In this document: piece by piece, positions 23,494 to 34,537 of the stretch
Numbering within the stretch: the first letter of the stretch is position 1
How the letters are laid out: every line of letters begins with the position of its first letter
Assembly: GCA_963785495.1 (NCBI GenBank)
Contig: CAWAVP010000025.1
Location: forward strand, 200,311-264,310
Direction of reading: 5' to 3'
Source: an uncultured Planctomycetales bacterium
GTDB taxonomy: Bacteria; Planctomycetota; Planctomycetia; Pirellulales; Pirellulaceae
DNA length: 64,000 nt
Notes under the pieces: model-generated
Told to the model about the DNA's origin: nothing
Database searches by the model: none
The model's input: only the letters and a program-made list of their open reading frames with translations
Made by a program: the position numbers and the translations under genes

Positions 23494-23580
23494 AATCACG
23501 GTCGTGTCGCGAACAGGGATGTCGTGCCTGCGGGCCACGCTCCACTTACCGATCACCGTCAAACCAAGTAGATCATTATC

Positions 23581-25165
23581 ATGGGCAAACCAACGGGCTT
23601 TAAAGAATTCCCTCGTCAACCCGTACCGTACCGCGATCCGGTCGAGCGAGCGAACGACTTCCTGGAGATCTTTTCGCAACCCCAAAGCGACCATCTGCAG
23701 ACGCAGGGTGCACGCTGTATGGACTGCGGCGTTCCTTTTTGTCAATCCGACAGCGGTTGTCCCATCGACAACCTGATTCCCGAATGGAACGATCTGGTGT
23801 ACCAGGATCGGTGGCGCGACGCCTTGGACCGCCTGCATAAGACGAACAACTTTCCCGAATTCACGGGCGCACGTGTCCCGCACCTTGTGAAGGCGCTTGC
23901 GTGTTGGGCATCATCGAACCGCCCGTAACGATCAAGAACATCGAGAACGCGATTATCGACCGCGGCTGGGCCGAAGGTTGGGTGCGTCCTCATCCTCCCG
24001 AACGGCGCAGCGGGAAGCGCGTGGCCGTGGTCGGATCGGGACCGGCAGGTCTTGCCGCCGCCGCGCAACTAAACAAAGCAGGCCACGACGTGACGGTCTA
24101 CGAACGGGCCGATCGTATCGGCGGGCTGCTGATGTACGGCATTCCCAATATGAAATTGGACAAAGGTGTCGTCGAGCGGCGCGTCGAATTGCTGCGTCAG
24201 GAAGGCGTTAAGTTCGTTACGTCGGCGCACGTAGGCAAGCTCGAAGAATTTCCAGAAGGGCATGTCACGCAGATCATGCAGCAGCGCGGCTGCGATGTCC
24301 AGTTCATCGATCCCAACGACCTACTAGGGCAGTTTGACGCGCTGCTGTTGGCCACCGGTGCAACCTTGCCGTTCGATCCGGTCGCACGGTGTCCGGGCCG
24401 CGACCTGGATGGGATTTACTTCGCGATGGACTTCCTGACTCGCAATACCAAGAGCCTGTTGGATTCCGAATTGTCGGACGGCAGCTTCACGCCAGCGACA
24501 AACAAACATGTGATCGTGATCGGCGGTGGCGACACGGCGCCGACTGTATCGGCACTTCGCTGCGCCACGGCTGCAAGAGTGTCGTCAATTTCGAACTCTT
24601 GGAACGTCCGCCCGCCGAACGCGCCGATAACAACCCCTGGCCTCAGTGGCCCCGCATTTACCGAGTTGACTATTCCCATGCCGAAACCAAATCCCGCTTC
24701 GGTGATGATCCCCGCCAATACTCATTGCTGACCAAGGAGTTTATTGGGAACGGCCAAGGTCGTGTCGAGGGTGTGCGCACAATCGAGGTCGATTGGAACC
24801 AACCGGGCGAGAAGGCCCCGTTTAGTGAAGTCGCTGGATCGGAAAAAGTCTGGCCGGCAGACTTGATCCTCTTGGCGACCGGTTTTGTCGGCCCGGAAAA
24901 AACCATCGGCGAATTGCTGGGGCTGGAATTGCAGCGCCCCCGCGGCAATTGGGAAACATTCCGCGCAAATCACGGCAAGTTCGCCACCACCGTTCCCAAG
25001 GTGTTCGCGGCAGGCGATTGTCGTCGCGGACAATCGCTGGTCGTGTGGGCGATTAACGAAGGACGAGGTGCCGCTCGCGCCATCGACGAATTCCTGATGG
25101 GCAAGAGCAGCCTGCCGGCACCCGGAATCAGCCTCGGTTCGTCGCTGGCGGCAACCGGAGGTTGA
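23581..25165 (+). pseudogene. gltD: glutamate synthase small subunit (NADPH-dependent); frame broken twice
   Basis: Fragments 23581..23928, 23901..24731 and 24389..25165. Signatures: [23 protein letters not shown]|[47 protein letters not shown]|[27 protein letters not shown]. Junctions at ~23869 and GG 24545-24546. Confidence 0.93.
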
Positions 25166-25211
25166 ATGTCGTAGCCGGAGTCGGCCACCGAGCACACCTG
25201 AGGGCAGTCGG

Positions 25212-27367
25212 TCAGGGACTTGGCCGAGGTTTGATCGGCCAGGGCAGGCGTAGACGATTGCGCGTCGACACGAAGATGCATGACGATCGGGCAGCGACCA
25301 CATACTGGTTGTTGCGGCAGTGTGCCGCTCGGTGTTGCGGCTTGCTGGTATCAATCGAAACGCGCCATGCATGTTGTCGAGGACGCTCGGGCAATTCTAC
25401 AACGAGCGGCTCGTGATGTGCGTTAAACACCAGAAAGATGTTGCGCTCGTCGGTATCCTCCGACGCTGGAATCTCTGCTGCCGTCCGCCGACTGAGTAAC
25501 ACGCCAACTTGGGGCTTGCCGTCATGCCAGTCCGCGTCGGACATGGGTTGACCGTCGCGGCGGAGCCAATGAACGTCGGCTGGCGCGGTCGACAAGTCCC
25601 AGGAATACCGTACGAACACCTCGCGCCGAATTAGCTCTTCGCGAAAACGAATCAGTCGCCGCACAAACTTCAATCGTTGTCTTGCGCTCGTATCAATTTG
25701 CCAGTTCAACCAACTGACTTCGTTGTCTTGGCAGTACGCATTGTTGTTGCCTAGTTGAGTGTGTCCCAGTTCGTCGCCAGCGCGAATCATCGGGACACCT
25801 TGCGAAACCAACAGCGTCGTCAAGATATTGCGGACCTGCAGGTCCCTCAGCCGTACGACCTCGTCGTCGGTCGTCGCGCCCTCCACACCACAGTTCCAGC
25901 TACGGTTATGCTCGTCTCCATCGCGGTTTTCCTCGCCGTTTGCGTCGTTATGTTTGTGATTATAACTAACCAGGTCTTGCAGACTGAATCCGTCGTGGCA
26001 AGTCACAAAATCAATACTTGCCAGGGGCCGCCGTTCGCGCGGAAAAAGATCCTGGCTGCCGGCCAAACGTGTAGCAAACTCTCCCTTCACCGTCGGCTCA
26101 CCGCGCCAGAAATCGCGCACGGTATCGCGATAACGCCCGTTCCATTCGCGCCAACCGATCGGGAATCCTCCCAATTGATAACCGCCATCTCCTAAGTCCC
26201 AAGGCTCGGCAATCAACTTGACCTGAGACAACAACGGATCCTGATACAGGATTTGAAAAAACGTGCTCAAGCGATGATAGGCGTGGAGATCGCGGCCAAG
26301 AATTGAGGCCAAATCGAACCGAAAACCATCCACGTGCATTTCCGCCACCCAATACCGCAGGCTATCAGCAATTAGACGCTGCACGACCGGATGACGTATT
26401 TCCGGGCAATTACCACAGCCGGAGTAGTCGGTGTAAAAACGGCGATCCTTGCGTTCCAATCGGTAGTAGGCCCGGTTATCAATCCCACGAAAAGACAAGG
26501 TCGGACAAGATGATTGCCCTCAGCCGTATGGTTGTAGACCACATCCAAAATCACTTCGATGTTCGCAGCATGAAGCCGTTTGACCATCCGTTTGAATTCG
26601 TTGACCGCATCGCTAGGCTGAGCACCCGCAGCGTAGCGTGGATGGGGCGCGAAGTAACCGAGCGTACTGTAGCCCCAATAGTTCCGCAGATCGCGGTCGA
26701 CCAAATGGCGATCGTCCAAAAAGTACTGAACGGGCAGCAATTCCACGGCCGTAATGCCCATTCGATGCAGATGTTGGATCATCGCACGGCTGGCGAGTCC
26801 TAAATACGTGCCGCGCACGCGAGGGGGAATGGCAGGATGTTGTTTCGTCATCCCCCGCACGTGACCTTCATAAATGACGGTCCGCTCCCAGGGAATCCGC
26901 GGCGGTCGATCGGTTCCCCAGTGAAATCGGGAATCGACAACCGCTGCCAACGGTGCGCTCGCCGCACTGTCCGTGGCGTCGTAGGACACGTCCTGCTGCG
27001 GGTCGCCCAGTGCATATCCAAACAGGCTGTCGGACCACCGTAACGGGCGCCCGATAGCGCGGGCGTAGGGATCGAGTAAGAGTTTGTTGTCGTTGAAACG
27101 GTGGCCGTCACTCGGAGCATAGGGACCATGTAGGCGATAGCCGTAAAGCTGCCCCGGCCCCAGCCCCTCGACGTAGACGTGCCACGTGTCCTCGGTTCGC
27201 GATGTCAAAGGGATCGAGACGGCTTCGCGCTGGGCGTCGGCCGACGCGAACAGACACAACTCGATGCGAGTAGCGTGACGCGAGAAAATGGCGAAATTGA
27301 CGCCGCGACCATCCCACGTCGCTCCCAGCGGTGTCGGCTCTCCCGCCCGCAAATGGACGTTGGTCAT
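25212..27367 (-). pseudogene. glgX: glycogen debranching enzyme GlgX (GH13); frame broken once
   Basis: Fragments 26372..27367 (MTNVHLRAGEPTPLGATWDGRGVNFAIFS..VILDVVYNHTAEGNHL) and 25212..26498 (..SFRGIDNRAYYRL..MHVDGFRFDLASILG..AEPWDLG..FVTCHDGFSLQDLVSYNHKHN). The junction is at ~26506. Total ~718 codons. It is convergent with gltD. Confidence 0.92.
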
Positions 27368-27601
27368 AGCGAATGGGTTCTTTCCTCAAGGCAGCTGAAC
27401 GACGTAGTTCAATCGTAGCCCGCCATTGCCCGCCTCGTGACGCGAATTGAGGCGGGAGTCAATTCCCGTCCGCCCCACATCCTCTCGACCAACTCTGTCG
27501 ACCGCCCTTGGTGGATGGCCACCATGCTCTCCCGGCCGACGCCACTTGGCGTTCGCGCGGGGTCGGCCGCAGCGCCAGACGCTCGAAGCCGGACGCGGCT
27601 G

Positions 27602-28336
27602 TTACCGTGTCAGATCCGATTCTTTGAGCAACCCCAGTTTTTTGAATTTGGGCAGAATGTTGATGCGACAGTAGTAATTCTGCGGATTCTTATTGAAGAA
27701 GTCCTGATGATATCCCTCGGCCGGATAAAAGGCCGTCGCCTCCGTGATTTCCGTCACGATAGGACGGTCGAACTTGCCGGATTTGTCCCACTTCTGCTTG
27801 GACGCCTCCGCGATCTGCCGTTGCTCGGGTGAATGGAAAAAAATGGCGGAACGGTATTGCGTACCCGTATCAGGCCCTTGCGCGTTCAGGGTCGTCGGAT
27901 CGTGCAATTGCCAGAAGATATCGAGCAGTTTTTCGTAGGGAAGCGTCGCGGGATCGAACTTCACCTGTACCACTTCCGCATGCCCGGTGCGTCCTGTGCA
28001 GACGGCTTCGTAGCTGGGATTGGGGAGCGTTCCTCCCATATAGCCCGACGTCACGGATTCGACTCCCTTAATCCGCAGCAGGACCGACTCGACACACCAG
28101 AAACATCCCGCGCCGAAGGTGGCCGTTTCAAGCTCAGGCATCGACTGATTCTCCTTGGCAGAAAGGCGTTGCGCAGTCGGATCCGACTCGTCAGCCGCCG
28201 TCTTGGTCACCGAGGTCGGCGTTTGTCCCAGAGCGACGCTCGATCCGGGCGGTTCGGCCGCTCGCGCACACCCACTGCAAAACAGGGCAGCAATCGAAAT
28301 CAGTAACAGTGAAGAATTCCTCAACATGCCGGTCAT
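27602..28336 (-). CDS. msrA: peptide-methionine (S)-S-oxide reductase MsrA with N-terminal signal peptide
   Basis: GAGCFWCVE active site, then GYMGG..NPSYEAVCTGRTGHAEVVQV and YHQDFF. The N-terminus from ATG 28336/28327 (MTGMLRNSSLLLISIAALFCSGCARA|AE) looks like a cleavable signal. The track ORF start at 28450 is probably too far upstream. Confidence 0.85.
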   Translation of the reverse strand: MTGMLRNSSLLLISIAALFCSGCARAAEPPGSSVALGQTPTSVTKTAADESDPTAQRLSAKENQSMPELETATFGAGCFWCVESVLLRIKGVESVTSGYMGGTLPNPSYEAVCTGRTGHAEVVQVKFDPATLPYEKLLDIFWQLHDPTTLNAQGPDTGTQYRSAIFFHSPEQRQIAEASKQKWDKSGKFDRPIVTEITEATAFYPAEGYHQDFFNKNPQNYYCRINILPKFKKLGLLKESDLTR

Positions 28337-28467
28337 CGCTCCCATTACAGACGTCAGGATGTTGTCCTGGCAAGTCAACATGCCGTTTGTGGCCCCTATC
28401 GGGCACAAGTGTATCATGGAGAGTTTAGCGTCCTTCATCAATCCGCCCACCGCACGATTCCCCGTTG

Positions 28468-28565
28468 CCCCCTCATCCGGCCTTCGCCCGGCCGAGGAAG
28501 GAAGTTGTCACGAACCTCTCCCGCCGGTAGTTGAGCGACGCGGGGTCGGCGACGGGTGAGGGCGG
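28468..28565. repeat. intergenic GC-rich repeat element, copy B (core CCCTCATCCGGCC)
   Basis: Exact 13-mer at 28470-28482, GAGGAAGGAAGT at 28494-28505 and an inverted partner GACGGGTGAGGG at 28551-28562. It lies between divergent msrA and the VWA gene. Confidence 0.55.
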
Positions 28566-28730
28566 ACCGCAGCGGCATTCCACCGCACGGGGACCGATCA
28601 AATCCTATGGCTTTACATATCTCTTACAAATCCGTGACAAACATCTGACCAGCGATCACCGGGTAAAGCGACAATTAGGGTGTTGTGCGAGGGATTACCG
28701 AGGTTTCGTCACTACCTTAAGGGGATCGTC

Positions 28731-30095
28731 ATGTTCTGGAACAAATCGAAGTGGGCGCTGACGTGTGTCCTGGCCGTTGTCGTCACATCAAATAGCTGGG
28801 CACGCCAAGTCAATCTGGACGTATCGCTGGCGCAGTCGGTGCTACCGGCTGACAAGAAGCAGACGTCTTTTCTGAAGATCGGACTTACCGGTTTCCGCCT
28901 AGACGATGACACGGAGCGGACACCGATCAACGTGGCCCTGGTCCTGGATAAGTCCGGATCGATGTCGGGCGAAAAGTTGGCACGTGCCAAAGAGGCCGCC
29001 ATCAATGCACTGGAACGACTGAATAGCCACGATATTGTGTCGGTTGTCACGTACGATTCCACCGTGACGGTCGTGGTGCCGGCCACGAAATTGACAGATC
29101 GCCAGGCGGTAATCGAGCGAGTTCGGCAGATTGAGGCGGGAGGCTCGACCGCGCTGTTTGCCGGCGTGAGCAAAGGTGCCGAGGAACTGCGCGAATTCTT
29201 GGACAAGGAACGGGTCAATCGTATCATCCTGTTGTCCGATGGTCTGGCAAACGTCGGTCCTCAGTCTCCCAGCGAACTGGGCGAACTCGGCAAGTCGTTG
29301 TCGAAGGAGGGCATTTCGGTTTCCACGATCGGCCTGGGGCTCGACTACAATGAAGACCTCATGACCGCGTTGGCACGTGCGAGTGACGGAAACCATGTAT
29401 TTGTCGAGAAATCGACAGAATTGGTCGACGTGTTCAACCGCGAATTCAACGATGTTCTTTCGGTCGTCGCCCAGGAGGTCGTCATCAAGATCCATTGCCG
29501 CGACGACATTCGTCCAGTGCGATCACTGAACGGGGACGGCGAAATCACCGGCCAGGATGTGTACGTGAAGTTGAATCAACTTTACAGCGAGCAAGAAAAA
29601 TACATCATCGTGGAACTTGAGTTTCCGGCGCGACCCAACGGTTCTTCGATGGAAGTTGCTGACGTAAGCGTCTCGTATACGAACATGGAGACGAAGACGG
29701 AGGATCGTCTGTCGAGCGTGGTGGGCATTAATTTCAGTGCGAACCTGGCCAGCGTGGAGGCCTCGACCAATTCGAGCGTTATGGAACAATGCGTACTACA
29801 ACTGGCAAATCTAGAAAACCAGGCGGCGACGCTGTTGCGAGACCGTGGTGATGTCGTAAAGGCGCGGCAGCTGTTGGAATCGAACGCCGTCTACCTCAAG
29901 GAGTACGCTGACAAACTCAATTCGACCGTACTACGACAGCGCAGCGTGGACAATCGCAATCAGGCGGATTGGGTGGAAAACAATGAAGAATGGAAGCGCG
30001 GCCGCAAACTGATGCGTGCGTTACAATACTCCGAGGCGACGCAGCAAAACGTCAAGTCGCCTGAGTCAGTGCCGGCTCCCGCACCTAAACGGTAA
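28731..30095 (+). CDS. secreted von Willebrand factor type A (VWA) domain protein
   Basis: ATG at 28731 gives MFWNKSKWALTCVLAVVVTSNSWA (signal). MIDAS motif VALVLDKSGSMSGEKL, ..GGSTALFAGV.., RIILLSDGLANVG. The C-terminal half is helical. No frame break. Confidence 0.85.
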   Translation: MFWNKSKWALTCVLAVVVTSNSWARQVNLDVSLAQSVLPADKKQTSFLKIGLTGFRLDDDTERTPINVALVLDKSGSMSGEKLARAKEAAINALERLNSHDIVSVVTYDSTVTVVVPATKLTDRQAVIERVRQIEAGGSTALFAGVSKGAEELREFLDKERVNRIILLSDGLANVGPQSPSELGELGKSLSKEGISVSTIGLGLDYNEDLMTALARASDGNHVFVEKSTELVDVFNREFNDVLSVVAQEVVIKIHCRDDIRPVRSLNGDGEITGQDVYVKLNQLYSEQEKYIIVELEFPARPNGSSMEVADVSVSYTNMETKTEDRLSSVVGINFSANLASVEASTNSSVMEQCVLQLANLENQAATLLRDRGDVVKARQLLESNAVYLKEYADKLNSTVLRQRSVDNRNQADWVENNEEWKRGRKLMRALQYSEATQQNVKSPESVPAPAPKR

Positions 30096-30212
30096 CCTGG
30101 TAATCGACCGCCGGTGATGTCCTGCGGTTCGGTGCATTGGATCGAAAACTGCCTGCCAGCGGCCCCAGCAATGGACAACTGGGGTCGCTCATTTTGGTAA
30201 CGGACCCCGGGC

Positions 30213-31968
30213 GTGTCGAAGAAACCGTTGATCTTGTTGGTCCTATTGACGATCGTCCCACTGACCGCATTCGCCTGGCTAGGGTGGCGGGTGTCACGTG
30301 GCGAAACACTGCGGGTCCAAGAACAATATCGGGGACTGCTTGCCGACCGCCTAGGGGAAGAGAACCATCGATTGGCGCAGTACTTCGCCGCGACTCAACG
30401 TCAACTCGCGGACGAAATCTCGGTTTGCGGCGACGCATCCGACGCGCTGCGGCAACTGGTACGCGATGCCCCCACAATTCGACAGATTATCGTCCTTAAT
30501 CGTCAAGGTGATTTGATCCACCCGCGTCCGGATCGACCGATGAATGGCGCGGAGGCAGACTTTCTGGCCGAAATCGATCAGATAATCCAAGACAAGGACC
30601 TGGTCCGTTTAGCATTTCCTGTCCAGGATGAAACTCGACTAACGACCGCCGCACCGGGCGCCGAGCAAGCCACCGGTGTGACGAGACCGAGTTCATCGTC
30701 GGTGGCACCGCGAATTTGGTCGACAACTCGACTTGATGCGAAGCGGACCGCGGACTCTCCCGGCCCGACCCAGGCTGATGCGACAGACGAGGACAACACG
30801 ACCGCGACCCAAGAGGGCTGGATTACGTGGTATTGGGGACGAGGTGTCAATCTGATGTATTGGAACCGCGGAGACAACGATCGGCTAACGATCGTCGCAC
30901 TGGCTCGCGCCCGCTGGATGGCAGACCTGCTGGCCGCTCTGCCCGACACACCGTGGCCAACCCCCACCGCTCGACCACTTCCTACAACACAGCGCATCTG
31001 CCTCGTCGACTCCTCCGATCAGGTCGTTTACCAGTGGGGAACGTTTCAGCCCGCCGCGACCGTGGCGCCGTTCGTGGAGACGGCCGTCGTGGCCCCACTC
31101 TCCTCCTGGCGATTGAAGGCGTACCTTGACCAAACAGCGTATGCCAGTGCAACACGTCTGCCAATTTTTGCCGGCTTGGCCAGTCTAGCGTGTGGCCTAC
31201 TGGGGCTTGTGGTGGTCTTCTATCGCGAATACGCGCGCGATGTTCGCGAAGCGGCGCAGCGCGTGAATTTTGTTAATCAGGTCTCGCATGAACTCAAGAC
31301 GCCGCTGACCAACATTCGACTTTACGCCGATTTACTGGAACGCGATCTGGATCAACTTCCCGCCACCGATCTGGAAACGGAAAAGCCTCGCAGCCGCTTG
31401 AGTGTCATCACGGCCGAGAGTCAACGTTTGTCCCGCCTTATCGGAAATGTACTTACGTTTGCTCGCTCGGAACGCAACCAATTGCAGCTACATCGTCGTG
31501 GCACCGACCTGGATCAACTTGTGCGCAATGTCATCGAGCGATTCAGGCCGGCCTTGGAGGCCAGCGGATTTGAGATCGAATCGTCCACGGAAATCGGTCA
31601 GCCACTCCTTCTGGATGCCGATGTGATTGAGCAGATTCTTGACAACCTGATTTCCAACGTCCAACGCTACGCGGTGGCGGGTGCGTATTTGGGAGTTCGC
31701 AGCTTTTGCGAGGGGCCGATGGCGGTGATCGACGTGACGGATCGAGGTCCTGGGATCCATCCTGAAATTGGCGCAACGGTTGTTTGAGCCTTTCGTACGA
31801 GGAGCGGTCGGGTTGAGTGACGTTACTGGCACCGGGATTGGTCTCTCCATTGCACGGCGACTGGCTCGCTTACATGGAGGCGACCTGACACTGGTGAATA
31901 GTCCTTCGGGAGCAACGTTTCGTTTGTCGATACCACGAGAGAACGTACATGAAAGTGCTGCTGGCTGA
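30213..31968 (+). pseudogene. membrane sensor histidine kinase; frame broken once in the ATPase domain
   Basis: Fragments 30213..31787 and 31768..31968. N-terminal TM (LILLVLLTIVPLTAFAWLGW), a second TM before the HisKA H-box (FVNQVSHELKTPLTNIRLYADLL), N-box (ILDNLISNVQRYA) and G-boxes (DRGPGIHPE|[30 protein letters not shown]). The junction is at AAA 31765-31767. It overlaps the regulator start by 20 nt. Confidence 0.85.
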
Positions 31969-32644
31969 AGATGACCGTTTGATCCGCAATGGGCTGTCTG
32001 AGGTCTTTCAGGGTGAAGGCTACGAAGTGCTCGAGGCCTTTGATGGTCATACGGCATTGAGTCTGTTTCGGCGTCATTCGCCAGATTTCGTTTGCCTCGA
32101 TATCATGATGCCCAAGCTGGATGGCTATCAGGTCTGCCGTGCGATTCGCCAATTGAATGCACATGTGCCGGTCGTCTTCATCACCGCTAAGTCGGAAGAA
32201 ATCGACAAAGTCCTGGGACTGGATTTGGGCGCCGATGACTTCATCGTGAAACCCTTCGGAGCCAAGGAAATCGTCGCCCGCATGCGCACCATTTTGCGGC
32301 GTTGCTGTCAGGCATCCGATGATCCGTCCCATCCTTTTGTAATGGACGATCTGGAGGTTTGGCCTCAACAGTTGCGTGCCCGCCGCGGAGAAAAGATTAT
32401 CGATTTGAGTCAGCGGGATGTTATGATCCTGCGTTTACTCCACGAGAAGTGTGGCCAAGCCGTGGATCGACTGACACTGTTCAATCACGCCTGGGGGCTG
32501 GACTACCTGCCCAACAGCCGGACACTCGATCAGCATATCTCGCAGCTACGCAAACGGATCGAACAAGACCCGAGCACGCCCCGAATCATCCGCACCGTTC
32601 ACGGCGTGGGCTACCGCTTCGATTCTGTGGCCTCGCCCAGTTAA
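31949..32644 (+). CDS. OmpR/PhoB-family response regulator
   Basis: Intact 231-aa ORF. Receiver domain ([44 protein letters not shown]) plus a winged-helix output (..[24 protein letters not shown]). Confidence 0.92.
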   Translation: MKVLLAEDDRLIRNGLSEVFQGEGYEVLEAFDGHTALSLFRRHSPDFVCLDIMMPKLDGYQVCRAIRQLNAHVPVVFITAKSEEIDKVLGLDLGADDFIVKPFGAKEIVARMRTILRRCCQASDDPSHPFVMDDLEVWPQQLRARRGEKIIDLSQRDVMILRLLHEKCGQAVDRLTLFNHAWGLDYLPNSRTLDQHISQLRKRIEQDPSTPRIIRTVHGVGYRFDSVASPS

Positions 32645-32720
32645 TACACGTCCCGCTTTTCGGTTTGACACTAGCGGTGCGTCAGTCCGGTAGGACAGAA
32701 CGAGACACATGGTGTCCGAC

Positions 32721-32790
32721 GTCCCTCATCCGGCCTCGGCCTGCTGCTCCTGCGGAGGGAGAAGGAAGTCGGGTGCCGGAATAAGGGGCG
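32721..32790. repeat. intergenic GC-rich repeat element, copy C (core CCCTCATCCGGCC)
   Basis: Exact 13-mer at 32723-32735, then GGAGGGAGAAGGAAGTCGGGTG at 32754-32775. It lies downstream of the response regulator stop. Confidence 0.55.
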
Positions 32791-32861
32791 TTCGCACCTT
32801 TTTTGAAAACGCCGAGCTGGCAAACTCATGACTTGATGTCCAATGGTAGGAGTCCCCTACG

Positions 32862-33577
32862 GTGTTGCTCTGGCAATCTCCGACGTCACAGCAAATTAGC
32901 GCCTACCTGCAGCAGGCGATCGAGCGGCCTTGGTCCTACTCGCAGATCGGTGCGACACGACATCAGATTCCGCACGGTTTTGATCACGATCGTTCCGAGA
33001 TCGATGTCGGTCATGGCTGGCGGGCATTCGCCGCGGCGCGACAGGCAATTCGAGATTGGGCGATGTTTCCTGCGGAAATGAGTCGAGTGTATGGGACGTC
33101 AACCGCTCAGGAACCAGGCCAGGTCGTGGCCGTACTGCTTAAAGCAGGACCCGTGCTGACGCTCGGTGCGTGTCGTATCGTCTATCGACTCGACATGCTC
33201 CGTCCGGAATTGTCAGGCGACGACGTTTCGAGCGCGCGCGCCAGTTCGGTTTTGCCTACGGTACGCTCACTGACCACATTGAATTGGGTGAAGAACGATT
33301 TGTGGTCACATGGCTGGACGATGACCGCGTGGTGTATGCCATCGAATCGTTTTCGCGGCCCCAACATTGGTTGGCCAAGGTGGGTTATCCGTATGTCCGC
33401 TGGCAGCAGCGCCGCTTTCGGCACCTCTCCACACGCAGCATGCGAGCGGCAGTGCAGTCGCGGCTGGCAGGCCGTCCAACGGCGGGCGAAAGCTGGCAAT
33501 TGCTGCCGACGTCAATACTCCCGAGAAAAAAATCCCCCGTGGCACCCGCTTGTCGATCGACGACGGATAACGTTTGA
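32862..33577 (+). pseudogene. DUF1990 domain-containing protein; frame broken once
   Basis: Fragments 32862..33698 (N-terminal part to ..GACRIVYRLD..) and 33170..33577 (..FERARQFGFAYGTLTDHIELGEERFVVTWLDDDRVVYAIESFSRPQHWLAKVGYPYVRWQQRRF). The junction is at ~33217-33222. The 3' end is uncertain because an A7 run at ~33525-33535 could hide another indel. Confidence 0.65.
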
Positions 33578-33676
33578 TGCACCAACATGCCACTCACCGG
33601 GCAAGCTCCCCCTGCGATACGATTCCACGTGGTGTTCCGTCGGCGGCCATCTTGTCCCGGAGGAACAAGCCGCACA

Positions 33677-34150
33677 CTACTTGATTCCCTGCATGTAAAC
33701 GGATCGGATCCGCTGCATGCGTTCACGATTGACACCAAAGTCGGAATATCCGCGGCGCGAGGCGGAGCGAAATTGCACGACGCCCTTCTGAGGATCCGCG
33801 TAAAACTCAACGTCATCAATGAATCCAAGCAAACGGCTTCGGAATTCACAATACAGATAGTTGTCGTCCAATTTGACGACTCGCGTTCGAGGCATCGCCT
33901 GGATGATTTCCTTCAGTCGCTGCAACGAGTCGCGGAACGTGCCGTAAATTGGCAGGGGATCCATCGCTTGGTCGCCGTCGTGGGCCTGAGTGCTGACGCA
34001 GTTGGGACGATCAGGACATGGGGACAGCTCGCCGGCCTTAACCCCGAGATTCTTGGGCCGTGGTGCCAACCGTGCCCAGAGGATGCCCGTCACCAACACC
34101 ACCAGAGGCACAAATACCAATGATCGCCACGACAATAAAAAGCTCGACAT
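33677..34150 (-). CDS. DUF1499 domain-containing protein
   Basis: N-terminal TM (MSSFLLSWRSLVFVPLVVLVTGILWA), then ..LSPCPDRPNCVSTQA..YLYCEFRSRLLGFIDDVEFY..VVQFRSASRRGYSDFGVNRERM. ATG at 34150 (the track start 34165 is TTG). Confidence 0.75.
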   Translation of the reverse strand: MSSFLLSWRSLVFVPLVVLVTGILWARLAPRPKNLGVKAGELSPCPDRPNCVSTQAHDGDQAMDPLPIYGTFRDSLQRLKEIIQAMPRTRVVKLDDNYLYCEFRSRLLGFIDDVEFYADPQKGVVQFRSASRRGYSDFGVNRERMQRIRSVYMQGIK

Positions 34151-34213
34151 GATTTGCTCGCCCAAGACGTCTACTCGCCGGCCACTTCAGCGGCATTTCA
34201 CCTCCGGCACTTA

Positions 34214-34241
34214 AGCGGTGCCGGTGCAGCGGTGCCGGTGC
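34214..34241. repeat. exact 14-bp tandem duplication (AGCGGTGCCGGTGC x2)
   Basis: Read directly: unit 1 at 34214-34227 and unit 2 at 34228-34241. CCGGCAC at 34204-34210 can pair with GTGCCGG in either unit. It lies in the spacer between the kinase 3' end and the DUF1499 start. Confidence 0.7.
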
Positions 34242-34537
34242 CACTCACTGGTTAATTCAGTTTAGTAGAAGACGGGCAAATGTTCGACGCCCCATCCCGA
34301 TCGACGGCGGCAAGCCCAGGCGAGAGCAGCATCCTCCGCTACCGGACACTTGTCACTTTTCGACCGGTGGCTCGCTCTTCAGTCGCGCTATTCATTGACG
34401 CAACTGGGCACCCTGTACCGACGGGTCAATCAGCTGTTTTCTTTCTGGGACGTAAAGTTTGAGCTGCCATCGCTCGGATCCAGAAGGAGAGTTGCGTAGG
34501 AGACCTGGGGCCACGTGCAGTCGGGGACGACGCGACT

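Noticed and set aside
18921-25165. Treating the ORF fragments of gltB, gltD and the other split loci as separate genes, or as evidence of genome decay.
   Set aside because: The fragments are collinear pieces of single well-known proteins. Their total lengths match the families, and most breaks are single-base homopolymer changes. Six breaks in an essential nitrogen-assimilation operon are not credible as biology.
27430-27457. Hairpin CCCGCCTC-N12-GAGGCGGG between msrA and glgX, as a possible msrA terminator or glgX leader structure.
   Set aside because: The 8-bp GC stem is real but there is no U-tract on the minus strand. It lies ~145 nt from the msrA stop, and stems of this size are common by chance in GC-rich DNA.
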